A stretch of DNA of 64,000 bases from Eledone cirrhosa (Eukaryota), in assembly GCA_964016885.1 (NCBI GenBank), contig OZ024750.1, forward strand, positions 44,826,001 to 44,890,000, in the 5' to 3' direction. The translations under genes were made by a program, and so were the position numbers. Shown here piece by piece: positions 1 to 12,818 of this stretch (within the stretch, counting starts at the first letter, position 1; each line of letters begins with the position of its first letter). The notes beneath the pieces are model-generated. The model was not told the origin of the DNA, ran no database searches, and saw nothing but the letters and a program-made list of their open reading frames with translations.

Positions 1-112
1 GTCACAAAAGACAAATAGTAAAGAAAATATACGTATAAAGGATTAATGTATATATATATATACATCATATATATATATATATATACATACATACATATAT
101 ATATATATGTAC

Positions 113-193
<81 letters not shown>

Positions 194-227
194 GAGAGAG
201 AGATATGTACATATATATATTTATATT

Positions 228-258
<31 letters not shown>

Positions 259-270
259 ATATATATATAT

Positions 271-338
<68 letters not shown>

Positions 339-569
339 GTGTTATAGATCTGATAAAAAATGGTTTATTTTTTTAAACATAATTCTGCAAACTATTTTAT
401 TGAAATTCAAAAACCCACATTTATCTGGTTTTTACATCCGTATGATTATATATATATATATGTATGTATATATATATATATATGTATGTATATCTGTGTA
501 TATATAAATATATAATATTTATGTGAATATACAAACAAACGCGTGCACACACACACACACACACACACA

Positions 570-611
<42 letters not shown>

Positions 612-1167
612 CATTTAGTTACATATAGATATATTTAGATATATAGGAGTGTATATACAATTTATATATTCAATACACCGCTTTTTTCTCATGCTTTGTC
701 AAAACTACTTTTTCTCATGCTTTGTCAAAACTACTTTTACATCCGTATGAAAAGTAAAAGTACAACAATATTGAAACATGTTTCAGAGGATGTCGTACAA
801 ATATGTACATAGTACATACCGGTACACACGAAACACACACATGCACTCACACACAAATACCCACTTATACACACACGTGTAACCATACATACCCACACTC
901 ACTCACATGTATATATATACAGTATATTCACGTGCATACATCACAGAAACCTTTATGATATAAGGTTTAGGCTAACAATGTTAAACTTGTTTCTGTGAGA
1001 AAAATATTATTGACTGATGAAGCGGATTTGTCGATATTGAAAATGGCTGAAGGACAAAATCTTTTAAAGAAATTTATTTTCAAACGGAAGCATTATGATA
1101 ACTGATAACTTTACATACGTATTTTACCCTGAGACAAATAACACAGTATTATATGTATGGCAGTAAG

Positions 1168-1935
1168 GGCGGTGAATTGGCAGTATCGGTAGAGGGTTGG
1201 ACGCCATGCTTTCTAGCATAGTTACGTCCCTTTACAGTCTGAGTTCAAATCCCGCCAAGGTTAACTTTACCATTCATCCTTACGGGGTCGATAAAATAAA
1301 GTACCTGTAATGTACTGGGTAATTGCTGGCCTTGTGCCTAAAGTAGAAACAATTATATGTATGGCAGTATCAGTAAAGGGTCGGACGCCATGCTTTGACG
1401 CAAAGAGTCACGTCCCTTTACGATCTGAGTTCAAATGCCGCCGAGGTTAACTTTGCCTTTCATCCTTACGGGGTCGATAAAATAAAGTACCAGTAATGTA
1501 CTGGGTAATTGCTGGCCTTGTGCCAAAAGTAGAAACAATTATATGTATGGGCGATTGATTATCAGTATTGGTAGAGGTTCGGACGCTATGCTTTGCAGCA
1601 TAGAGTTACGCCCCTTTACGGTCTGAGTTCAAATCCCGCCGAGGTTAACTTTGCCTTTCATCTTTACGGGGCCAACAAAATAAAGTACCACTAACGTAAT
1701 CGGGTCGATTTAATCGACTTTCCCCTCCCCCCAAATTACTGGCCTTGTGTCTATACTAGAAACCATTTATTAGTTATGGCCCTTTACGGTCTGAGTTCAA
1801 ATCCCGCCGAAAATAGCTTTGCCTTTCATCATTACGGAGCCAATAAAATAAAGCAGCAGTGACATACTAGTGTCAATTTAATCGACTTTCCCCTCGGATT
1901 CAAATTACTGGCTTTGTCCCTAAAGCAGAAAGAAT
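1168..1935 (+). mobile_element. Tandem cluster of four tRNA-derived SINE copies
   Basis: A-box-like TGGCAGTATCGG and B-box GTTCAAATCC. Conserved body cctttcatccttacggggtcgataaaataaagtacc and 3' end agtagaaac. Copies start near 1168, 1362, 1562 and 1779, with attatatgtatgg repeated at several junctions. Confidence 0.88.
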
Positions 1936-2242
1936 TATATGTAAGCATGTGTAGACAATTGTTTCTAACTGAGAAGGTACGTTATTTAAGCAGCCAGAAT
2001 CACTGAACAGATGTTAAGAGCAAAACCATCCAGCAGGAGATCCAGGTATACATCCTGAATAAGATGGTTTGGCAGCATCCAAGAGCATGGATGGTTTTGT
2101 CTGGAAATCCAGCCGGATCAATTGGAGACCGATGCTTCTGAAATAACTAACTGAAAGACGTGCTTGATGAGTCTGCCCACATGACCAACCTCAAAATAAG
2201 GGGGTGAATAAGAAGAAGAAGAAGAAGAAGAAGAAACTCACT

Positions 2243-2672
2243 CAGATGGTGGATGGGTGCCACACGAGAATGCTGAGTATGGCTCTGAACATTAATTGTT
2301 TCTACTTTAGGCACACGGCCAGCAATTACCCAGTGCATTACTGGTACTTTATGTTATCGACCCCGTAAGGATGAAAGGCAAAGTCAACCTCGGCGGGATT
2401 TGAACTCAGAGCTGTACGGGAGCCTTCCAAAACTCAGCTCCAGAACAGCACAGAGGAGACTGAGGTCAGCTGGACATGCTCACCAACATCCAGAGTTGAC
2501 ACTGTACTCAGTGCTCCAGCGGGAGCCCCTGCATGGACACACTGCAAGAGGGAGACCGGGGTTGGTATATGTTGAAGCCCTAAGTACAGACACTGGTCTC
2601 CTGGAGACGCAGGACATGGCAGCGATAATGAGAGACAGAGACCGCTGGAGAGAACTCGTCCATGGATCTTGG
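2243..2672 (+). pseudogene. 3' fragment of an RTE/RTEX-like non-LTR retrotransposon ORF, interrupted by a SINE
   Basis: Translates as DGCHTRMLSMALNI ... ELYGSLPKLS...RRLRSAGH...HPE...P.HG...RGRP...DTG...MRDRDRWRELV, which I recognise from memory as the RTE-group C-terminal pattern. Confidence 0.78.
2294..2410 (-). mobile_element. 5'-truncated SINE inserted in the LINE fragment
   Basis: Reverse complement of the same SINE, from the B-box to the 3' end. Confidence 0.88.
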
Positions 2673-2868
2673 GGAATTTTACCCGCCCTATATATATATA
2701 TATATATATATTGGAATAAATGCTCTGAAATAGCGATATATATGTGAATATAGACATAGAATATTCGAAAATATTCTGTATGTTTATAATAAACATTTTG
2801 AAGACCCAATCGCTATAGAATAGAATACGTCACGTATTACAATTAGATTCTCGACAAAAGCAAGGGAA

Positions 2869-2911
2869 GTAATCTACGCGTTTCATTCTTGTTAGAAATC
2901 ATCAGGACTAC
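2869..2911 (-). ncRNA. Minimal type I hammerhead ribozyme (first of 12 minus-strand copies, period 310, last at 6279-6321)
   Basis: Minus strand reads GUAGUC-CUGAUGA-UUUCU AACA AGAAU-GAAA-CGCG-UA|GAUUAC. Stem I is GUAGUC/GAUUAC, stem II is UUCU/AGAA, stem III is the palindrome ACGCGU, and the cleavage triplet is GUA. Confidence 0.88.
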
Positions 2912-5900
2912 ATATCCAGTGCTTTTATCGAGAATGACACAGCTAGAGACTTATAGAATACTTAGCTGTGTACAGGAACTGGTTTGAAAGAGCGGTTGCC
3001 GGTCCGGCAGAAATTAGAAATTGGAATAAATGCTCTGAAATAGCGATATATATGTGAATATAGACATAGAATATTCGAAAATATTCTGTATGTTTATAAT
3101 AAACATTTTGAAGACCCAATCGCTATAGAATAGAATACGTCACGTATTACAATTAGATTCTCGACAAAAGCAAGGGAAGTAATCTACGCGTTTCATTCTT
3201 GTTAGAAATCATCAGGACTACATATCCAGTGCTTTTATCGAGAATGACACAGCTAGAGACTTATAGAATACTTAGCTGTGTACAGGAACTGGTTTGAAAG
3301 AGCGGTTGCCGGTCCGGCAGAAATTAGAAATTGGAATAAATGCTCTGAAATAGCGATATATATGTGAATATAGACATAGAATATTCGAAAATATTCTGTA
3401 TGTTTATAATAAACATTTTGAAGACCCAATCGCTATAGAATAGAATACGTCACGTATTACAATTAGATTCTCGACAAAAGCAAGGGAAGTAATCTACGCG
3501 TTTCATTCTTGTTAGAAATCATCAGGACTACATATCCAGTGCTTTTATCGAGAATGACACAGCTAGAGACTTATAGAATACTTAGCTGTGTACAGGAACT
3601 GGTTTGAAAGAGCGGTTGCCGGTCCGGCAGAAATTAGAAATTGGAATAAATGCTCTGAAATAGCGATATATATGTGAATATAGACATAGAATATTCGAAA
3701 ATATTCTGTATGTTTATAATAAACATTTTGAAGACCCAATCGCTATAGAATAGAATACGTCACGTATTACAATTAGATTCTCGGCAAAAGCAAGGGAAGT
3801 AATCTACGCGTTTCATTCTTGTTAGAAATCATCAGGACTACATATCCAGTGCTTTTATCGAGAATGACACAGCTAGAGACTTATAGAATACTTAGCTGTG
3901 TACAGGAACTGGTTTGAAAGAGCGGTTGCCGGTCCGGCAGAAATTAGAAATTGGAATAAATGCTCTGAAATAGCGATATATATGTGAATATAGACATAGA
4001 ATATTCGAAAATATTCTGTATGTTTATAATAAACATTTTGAAGACCCAATCGCTATAGAATAGAATACGTCACGTATTACAATTAGATTCTCGACAAAAG
4101 CAAGGGAAGTAATCTACGCGTTTCATTCTTGTTAGAAATCATCAGGACTACATATCCAGTGCTTTTATCGAGAATGACACAGCTAGAGACTTATAGAATA
4201 CTTAGCTGTGTACAGGAACTGGTTTGAAAGAGCGGTTGCCGGTCCGGCAGAAATTAGAAATTGGAATAAATGCTCTGAAATAGCGATATATATGTGAATA
4301 TAGACATAGAATATTCGAAAATATTCTGTATGTTTATAATAAACATTTTGAAGACCCAATCGCTATAGAATAGAATACGTCACGTATTACAATTAGATTC
4401 TCGACAAAAGCAAGGGAAGTAATCTACGCGTTTCATTCTTGTTAGAAATCATCAGGACTACATATCCAGTGCTTTTATCGAGAATGACACAGCTAGAGAC
4501 TTATAGAATACTTAGCTGTGTACAGGAACTGGTTTGAAAGAGCGGTTGCCGGTCCGGCAGAAATTAGAAATTGGAATAAATGCTCTGAAATAGCGATATA
4601 TATGTGAATATAGACATAGAATATTCGAAAATATTCTGTATGTTTATAATAAACATTTTGAAGACCCAATCGCTATAGAATAGAATACGTCACGTATTAC
4701 AATTAGATTCTCGACAAAAGCAAGGGAAGTAATCTACGCGTTTCATTCTTGTTAGAAATCATCAGGACTACATATCCAGTGCTTTTATCGAGAATGACAC
4801 AGCTAGAGACTTATAGAATACTTAGCTGTGTACAGGAACTGGTTTGAAAGAGCGGTTGCCGGTCCGGCAGAAATTAGAAATTGGAATAAATGCTCTGAAA
4901 TAGCGATATATATGTGAATATAGACATAGAATATTCGAAAATATTCTGTATGTTTATAATAAACATTTTGAAGACCCAATCGCTATAGAATAGAATACGT
5001 CACGTATTACAATTAGATTCTCGACAAAAGCAAGGGAAGTAATCTACGCGTTTCATTCTTGTTAGAAATCATCAGGACTACATATCCAGTGCTTTTATCG
5101 AGAATGACACAGCTAGAGACTTATAGAATACTTAGCTGTGTACAGGAACTGGTTTGAAAGAGCGGTTGCCGGTCCGGCAGAAATTAGAAATTGGAATAAA
5201 TGCTCTGAAATAGCGATATATATGTGAATATAGACATAGAATATTCGAAAATATTCTGTATGTTTATAATAAACATTTTGAAGACCCAATCGCTATAGAA
5301 TAGAATACGTCACGTATTACAATTAGATTCTCGACAAAAGCAAGGGAAGTAATCTACGCGTTTCATTATTGTTAGAAATCATCAGGACTACATATCCAGT
5401 GCTTTTATCGAGAATGACACAGCTAGAGACTTATAGAATACTTAGCTGTGTACAGGAACTGGTTTGAAAGAGCGGTTGCCGGTCCGGCAGAAATTAGAAA
5501 TTGGAATAAATGCTCTGAAATAGCGATATATATGTGAATATAGACATAGAATATTCGAAAATATTCTGTATGTTTATAATAAACATTTTGAAGACCCAAT
5601 CGCTATAGAATAGAATACGTCACGTATTACAATTAGATTCTCGACAAAAGCAAGGGAAGTAATCTACGCGTTTCATTCTTGTTAGAAATCATCAGGACTA
5701 CATATCCAGTGCTTTTATCGAGAATGACACAGCTAGAGACTTATAGAATACTTAGCTGTGTACAGGAACTGGTTTGAAAGAGCGGTTGCCGGTCCGGCAG
5801 AAATTAGAAATTGGAATAAATGCTCTGAAATAGCGATATATATGTGAATATAGACATAGAATATTCGAAAATATTCTGTATGTTTATAATAAACATTTTG

Positions 5901-6617
5901 AAGACCCAATCGCTATAGAATAGAATACGTCACGTATTACAATTAGATTCTCGACAAAAGCAAGGGAAGTAATCTACGCGTTTCATTCTTGTTAGAAATC
6001 ATCAGGACTACATATCCAGTGCTTTTATCGAGAATGACACAGCTAGAGACTTATAGAATACTTAGCTGTGTACAGGAACTGGTTTGAAAGAGCGGTTGCC
6101 GGTCCGGCAGAAATTAGAAATTGGAATAAATGCTCTGAAATAGCGATATATATGTGAATATAGACATAGAATATTCGAAAATATTCTGTATGTTTATAAT
6201 AAACATTTTGAAGACCCAATCGCTATAGAATAGAATACGTCACGTATTACAATTAGATTCTCGACAAAAGCAAGGGAAGTAATCTACGCGTTTCATTCTT
6301 GTTAGAAATCATCAGGACTACATATCCAGTGCTTTTATCGAGAATGACACAGCTAGAGACTTATAGAATACTTAGCTGTGTACAGGAACTGGTTTGAAAG
6401 AGCGGTTGCCGGTCCGGCAGAAATTAGAAATTGGAATAAATGCTCTGAAATAGCGATATATATGTGAATATAGACATAGAATATTCGAAAATATTCTGTA
6501 TGTTTATAATAAACATTTTGAAGACCCAATCGCTATAGAATAGAATACGTCACGTATTACAATTAGATTCTCGACAAAAGCAAGGGAAGTAATCTACGCG
6601 TTTCATTCACTGGATAT

Positions 6618-6660
6618 GTAGTCCTGATGATTTCTAACAAGAATGAAACGCGTAGATTAC
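6618..6660 (+). ncRNA. Minimal type I hammerhead ribozyme in the inverted arm (also 6928-6970 and 7238-7280)
   Basis: gtagtc CTGATGA tttctaacaagaat GAAA cgcg TA gattac, with predicted cleavage after 6654. In full units stem I extends by 16 bp (attctcgataaaagca / tgcttttgtcgagaat) beyond an internal loop. Confidence 0.88.
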
Positions 6661-7429
6661 TTCCCTTGCTTTTGTCGAGAATCTAATTGTAATACGTGAC
6701 GTATTCTATTCTATAGCGATTGGGTCTTCAAAATGTTTATTATAAACATACAGAATATTTTCGAATATTCTATGTCTATATTCACATATATATCGCTATT
6801 TCAGAGCATTTATTCCAATTTCTAATTTCTGCCGGACCGGCAACCGCTCTTTCAAACCAGTTCCTGTACACAGCTAAGTATTCTATAAGTCTCTAGCTGT
6901 GTCATTCTCGATAAAAGCACTGGATATGTAGTCCTGATGATTTCTAACAAGAATGAAACGCGTAGATTACTTCCCTTGCTTTTGTCGAGAATCTAATTGT
7001 AATACGTGACGTATTCTATTCTATAGCGATTGGGTCTTCAAAATGTTTATTATAAACATACAGAATATTTTCGAATATTCTATGTCTATATTCACATATA
7101 TATCGCTATTTCAGAGCATTTATTCCAATTTCTAATTTCTGCCGGACCGGCAACCGCTCTTTCAAACCAGTTCCTGTACACAGCTAAGTATTCTATAAGT
7201 CTCTAGCTGTGTCATTCTCGATAAAAGCACTGGATATGTAGTCCTGATGATTTCTAACAAGAATGAAACGCGTAGATTACTTCCCTTGCTTTTGTCGAGA
7301 ATCTAATTGTAATACGTGACGTATTCTATTCTATAGCGATTGGGTCTTCAAAATGTTTATTATAAACATACAGAATATTTTCGAATATTCTATGTCTATA
7401 TTCATATATATATATATATATATATATAT

Positions 7430-7818
<389 letters not shown>

Positions 7819-8856
7819 TTGTGTGTGTGTGCAAAAGATAAACGATTCATGTTGCCATCTGCACGTAGAGTAATATCCTGCGTTTCGGATTCTCATCCGC
7901 CGAACTTTATTTAAATATATTTAAATTCTTTATTGAACATAAATAAACATGTTATTCTATTTAACCTATAAGAGAAATGGTCTGATTCGAAACTTTGGTT
8001 ATAAGCACGTACAACTTTATTTTTGAAAATATTTGTTTCATATCGAAGAATAAGGAAAAATTGCTTCCTTCGAACGTTTTTATTAAAAACAGTATTCCCA
8101 CAATAAACACACGATTTAATGGATAAAGAGATTAAAAATGTTTGTCTATTAAGGGTGCACACTGTTCCTTTAATACAGTACAAAATTGTGCCAAGCATGA
8201 AACTATTCTCATATAATTGTTTTTTCGCATTTGCCAGTGTATTGTGTCGTACACAAAAACAAACTCACAACCATAAGAGGGAACAGATACATAGAGATGT
8301 TACTGTTGTTTAAACCCAATCACCCCATCACTTTTATATATGATCTGTAGCCGTTGCTTCTTAGTTGATTTCATACGGACAACCTAACAGTAGAGTTTGG
8401 TTGTTTTTTTTTTCGGACCTGGTGTAATATTTAAGAGAGAATGAGCAACTAAGCAATAAACTGAAGTGAACATCAAGTAGCTAGCTGATTCTTACAGTAT
8501 GTAATTCTGTTGACAATATATATAATGAAATTAAAAATGAGGCTGGATAGATAGATCATTAAGTAAACAAGGAATACGTCGCATCACAAAAGATAGATAG
8601 ACAAATAGATAGATAGATAGATATAAAGAGAGGGGGAGAGAGGGGGAGAGTGAGAGCTGGATATATATATAGAAAGAGATATAGAAAAGAGAGAGAGAGA
8701 TATATATATAGAAAAGAGAGAGAGAGAGAGAGAGAAACAGAGAGAGGGAGAGAGATGTAGCAAAGAGAGATGTGCTAAATTTGCAGAAAAATCGGAATTT
8801 TTCTAAAAATTTTTCATAACTGATGTCGCTTTTGAAGCAATTTCCGCTTTTTATAT

Positions 8857-8996
8857 TCTTTTACTGTTTTGCTGGTTTCAGCAGTTAGACTGCGGCCATA
8901 TTGTTGCGCCGCTTTGAAGAGACTTGGTCGATCATATTGAACTTAGTAATTATATTTTAAAGTTTGTGGCTTATACTATCGATCTCTTCCTTTTGA
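8857..8996 (-). mobile_element. Degenerate SINE 3' fragment (second family)
   Basis: tttcagcagttagactgcggccatattgttgcgccgc resembles the reverse of the tail gcggtgccccagcatggcc seen at 10272-10315. Family recognised from memory of octopus repeats. Confidence 0.5.
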
Positions 8997-9261
8997 TAAA
9001 TTTGTACTTTCAGTTTTTAATTCTAACTTCCTTAAACATTCATATTCAACATTTGCATATATATATATATATATATACTGGTACATGTGTATTTGTGTTG
9101 TCTACATCTATGTCTATACTTACATATGTATATGTATATATATTTGTATATATGTACGTATGTATATATTTATGGACGTATATATATGTTTGTAGGTTTG
9201 TATATATATATATATATATATATTGTGTGTACCGATTATGTTTACCTTTTACATACATATG

Positions 9262-9351
<90 letters not shown>

Positions 9352-9377
9352 AAGGGATTTATTTATTTATGACCTTA

Positions 9378-9413
<36 letters not shown>

Positions 9414-10374
9414 AATATATATCAATTACTGTGGTTTAGTTGGAATTTTGAAATATGTATCATCACGAAAACATCTAAAATATATTTCGTTTGATTTCTT
9501 AATCATGAATGATAACTCTATGGTGGTGATGGTGGTGTAGTGGTGATGGTGGTGATAGTGGTGGTGGTGGGGGTGGTGTTAGTGGTGCTGGTGGGTGTGA
9601 TGGTGATGTTGGTGGTAGTGGGGATTGTAATCGTGATGCTAGTGGTGGTGACAATTTCACTTTTGATATCCACCATTACTCTTGTATAAATCCTTAACTG
9701 AAAATATAGAAATACTTATCATGCAATGAAGGTAAATTAAAAATAAAGAAAGAAAAACATATTTTAAATGTTTTAATTTTCTCAATGTTTTTTGTTTATT
9801 TTGCCGAGATATCTTTCAATTTTTTCTCTTTATATAATATAATTTTTCAATATATCTCACAAGTTAATGATACAAATATTTCTAACAGACACGCACCTGA
9901 TACAGATAGGGCCGTTGTTTCTCTTTATGATGATGATGACGAGGATGATGATGTTGACAATGATGATAAGTATCATAATGATGGTGATGATGAGGATAAC
10001 AATAATGATGACGACAATTACAATAACAACAATAACGATTTGTTTCCTGGCCCGAGGTTCAAAATACGGTGAATCAAGTTCAAATATGACATTCAGAAGA
10101 AAACAACAAAGAAAGCAAAACCAGGGCATTTAGACTGATTAAAAGGGAGGAAGAAGAAAGAAACCCCTCTCTTTCTGTCTTTTTTTCTTTCTTTCTTTCT
10201 CTTTTTTATTCTTTCTTCCTTTCTTTCTTTCTTTCTTTCATTCATTATTTCTTTATAAATAAATATATATAAGCGGTGCCCCAGCATGGCCTCAGCCTCT
10301 CAGCTGTAATGCAAATAATAAAAATATATATTTATACATACACACCCACACACAAAGAGGCACACACACACACG

Positions 10375-10406
<32 letters not shown>

Positions 10407-10494
10407 CATACAAATATATTTACGCAAAGATTAATATATAGACAGATAGAGAGATATGAGATGGAGAGTACAGACATACATATATGATGCTGTA

Positions 10495-10725
10495 GGTGGA
10501 TCTCCTCGATTTCGACGATGAACATTCCAGTTGTTGTTTGAACAACAAAAAAGCTTGCTCGTGAAATTAACGCGTGAGTGGATGAGCATTTCATAGACAC
10601 GTGTATTCTTAATATAGTTATCAGCGAGATTCAATATGACAAAGAATGTGACTAGGCTAAGTCCTTTGAATTAGGTGTACTGCTCATTCTTGGTAACAGA
10701 GTTGATTATAGCAATCGAAAATAAT
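10495..10725. mobile_element. Degenerate interspersed repeat / SINE-body fragment
   Basis: gaaattaacgcgtgagtggatgagcatttcatagacacgtgt...gagattcaatatgac resembles a common cephalopod repeat (recognition from memory only). Confidence 0.4.
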
Positions 10726-10726
10726 G

Positions 10727-10760
<34 letters not shown>

Positions 10761-11153
10761 AAGAAAAAGAGATGAAATCGAAAATGCAACTGAAATCTTA
10801 TTTTAAAAAAAAATATATATATTTATTTGGTTCCTTTACCGGTTTCGCAGTTCTTCTGCTTTTCAAAAGGTGAGTTGAGATGGAGGGTCTGTGGTTTTTC
10901 TCATAGATGTGAGTTGAGATGGAGGGTCTGTGGTTTTTCTCACCGATGTGAGAAAAACCACAGATCCTCCATCTCAACTCACCTTTTGAAAAGCAGAAGA
11001 ACTGCGAAACCGGTAAAGGAACCAAATAAATATATATATTTTAAAAATAAGACTTCAGTTGCATTTTCGATTTCATCTCTTTTTCTTTATACTTTCACTC
11101 GTGTAGGACACCTCGGTTATTTTTCATTTTGTAAAAAAAACCTCACTTTCTAA
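10761..11153. mobile_element. Head-to-head foldback hammerhead element in (TA)n (U3-A8 family 1)
   Basis: Inverted arms meet near 10945. The left arm has an internal ~38-bp tandem duplication. Ribozymes at 10833-10870 (-) and 10982-11019 (+). (TA)n on both sides. Confidence 0.85.
10982..11019 (+). ncRNA. Minimal hammerhead ribozyme with variant core UUGAAAA
   Basis: cctt TTGAAAA gcag aagaa ctgc GAAA ccgg TA aagg. Stem I is cctt/aagg, stem II is gcag/ctgc, stem III is the palindrome ACCGGU. The C3-G8 pair is replaced by U3-A8. Confidence 0.8.
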
Positions 11154-11171
11154 TATATATATATATATATA

Positions 11172-11366
11172 TAATATAGATGAGATTCTATAGGACTAGA
11201 ACTGTTTCATTCTTTAGAAATCATCAGGAATCCCTGATGATTTCTAAAGAATGAAACAGTTCTAGTCCTGTAGAATCTCATCTATATTAAACATTTTATA
11301 CTCTGCAATGTATTGAGTACCTTACTTACTGTGGTTACCTCCGATTCAACCCGGAATAACGTACCT
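11172..11366. mobile_element. Short head-to-head foldback element with hammerheads at 11182-11234 (-) and 11233-11277 (+)
   Basis: Minus strand reads gggattc CTGATGA tttctaaagaat GAAA cag ttctagtc cta TA gaatctc. The plus copy has an intact stem III (cag/ctg), but its 5' stem I is cut by the inversion junction. (TA)n flanks. Confidence 0.82.
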
Positions 11367-11387
11367 ATATATATATATATATATATA

Positions 11388-11852
11388 TTAGTAAAAGGAA
11401 AGGAAAATGCTGACAAATTTTTGCCCTTGAAAAATAGTTTAATTAGGAATAAGTAAAAATTAGTAATAAGTATTGGTTAGTATTCAGTTTTAGTTTTAAG
11501 TTTTTACCGGTTGCGCATTTCTAATACTTTACAAAAATAATTTTGAGATAGAGCACCGTGATGTTTGTTCTAATCTGATCAGTTTTGGAAATTCTTCCTG
11601 TTTTTTTTATGTGAAAAAAGTGGCTCCAGAGGTATTAAGATTTGGTTGGTTATTGAATGTCACGTGATTGAGTACTATAAATTTCGCGCCAATTCGTGTT
11701 GCAAAAATTCTTGTAGTCAAAACAATTTCGATTAGTCGGTAGAGGTCACGTGAATGTTAAAAATTAATTTTGCGCCAAATGTAGGTTTGTCGAAGAGTGT
11801 CCTTTTTCGCCTGATTGAGAAGACACTGAAAAATTAGTCTTTTAAGACAAAT
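11388..11852. mobile_element. Degenerate relative of the 10.8-kb hammerhead family between (TA)n tracts
   Basis: 11503-11560 (tttaccggttgcgca...ttttacaaaa...ttgagatagag) aligns by eye to tttaccggtttcgca...ttttcaaaa...ttgagatggag of the 10.8-kb element. Confidence 0.45.
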
Positions 11853-11957
11853 ATGTATATATGTATATATATATATATATATGTATATATCTATATATAT
11901 ATATATGTATATATGTATATATATATATATGTATATATGTATATATATATATATATA

Positions 11958-12147
11958 GTAAAAGAGATGAAATCGAAAATGCAACTGGAGTCTTATTTTT
12001 TTTAAAAATATATATTTATTTGGTTCCTTTACCGGTTTCGCAGTTCTTCTGCTTTTCAAAATGTGAGTTGAGATGGAGGGTCTGTGGTTTTTCTCACATC
12101 TGTGTAGGACACCTCGGTTATTTTTCATTTTGTAAAAAAAACCTCAC

Positions 12148-12154
<7 letters not shown>
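11958..12154. mobile_element. Second copy of the 10.8-kb hammerhead family, with a short right arm
   Basis: Nearly identical to 10765-10910 (ribozyme at 12026-12063, minus strand), joined to gtgtaggacacc...ctttctaa. It ends at the same point as the copy ending at 11153. (TA)n flanks. Confidence 0.85.
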
Positions 12155-12193
<39 letters not shown>

Positions 12194-12364
12194 AATAAGA
12201 GAGACGGATTTACTCGTAAATCTTCTTTTTATTACATAATTCTATTATAGATATTTCGAAGATGTCAAAATAGTTACATAAACGCCTGGTAAGATGCAAT
12301 GTTGTATGTTTTGATATATTACTGGTTTCTCGTGGTGTATACATTACATCACCTAACTGAATAA

Positions 12365-12422
<58 letters not shown>

Positions 12423-12479
12423 TATATATACATATTATTCAGTCAGGTGATGTAACATATATATATGTATATATATATG

Positions 12480-12582
<103 letters not shown>

Positions 12583-12773
12583 TATAATATATATATATAT
12601 GAGTGTGTGTGTATGTATAAATATGTATGTATATGTGTGAGTGTCTGTGTGTGTTTGTGTCTGCGTCTGTCTATCTTTGTGTGTGTGTGTGTTTGTTTGT
12701 TTGTGTGTGTGTGTCTGGGCGTGGCTATCTGTGCATGTCTGCGTCTGTATATGTTTATGTGTGTGTGTTTGTT

Positions 12774-12818
<45 letters not shown>

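Larger units (their letters stand above)
2711..7405. mobile_element. 310-bp tandem array of hammerhead-ribozyme monomers (retrozyme-like), with internal inversion, flanked by (TA)n
   Basis: Unit start TTGGAATAAA recurs every 310 bp (2711, 3021 ... 6431): 12 full copies plus a partial to 6608. About 2.6 reverse-complemented copies follow (6608-7405). Only two substitutions noticed (3784, 5368). (TA)n lies on both sides and each unit contains a hammerhead motif. Confidence 0.92.

Noticed and set aside
1008-1050. CTGATGA...GAAA hammerhead-like words
   Set aside because: No convincing stems I, II or III.
1190-1260. tRNA gene (A and B boxes)
   Set aside because: The boxes belong to a SINE head, with no cloverleaf and a SINE body following.
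2711-7405. CRISPR array or tandem tRNA/5S/snRNA gene cluster
   Set aside because: Units are identical with no unique spacers, and I recognise no cloverleaf, 5S or snRNA sequence. The hammerhead fold explains the conserved structure.
7865-8200. Minus-strand CGGATGA..GAAACGC motif and a 95-aa ORF as a possible Penelope endonuclease remnant
   Set aside because: The core and stems are defective and no GIY-YIG motif is recognisable.
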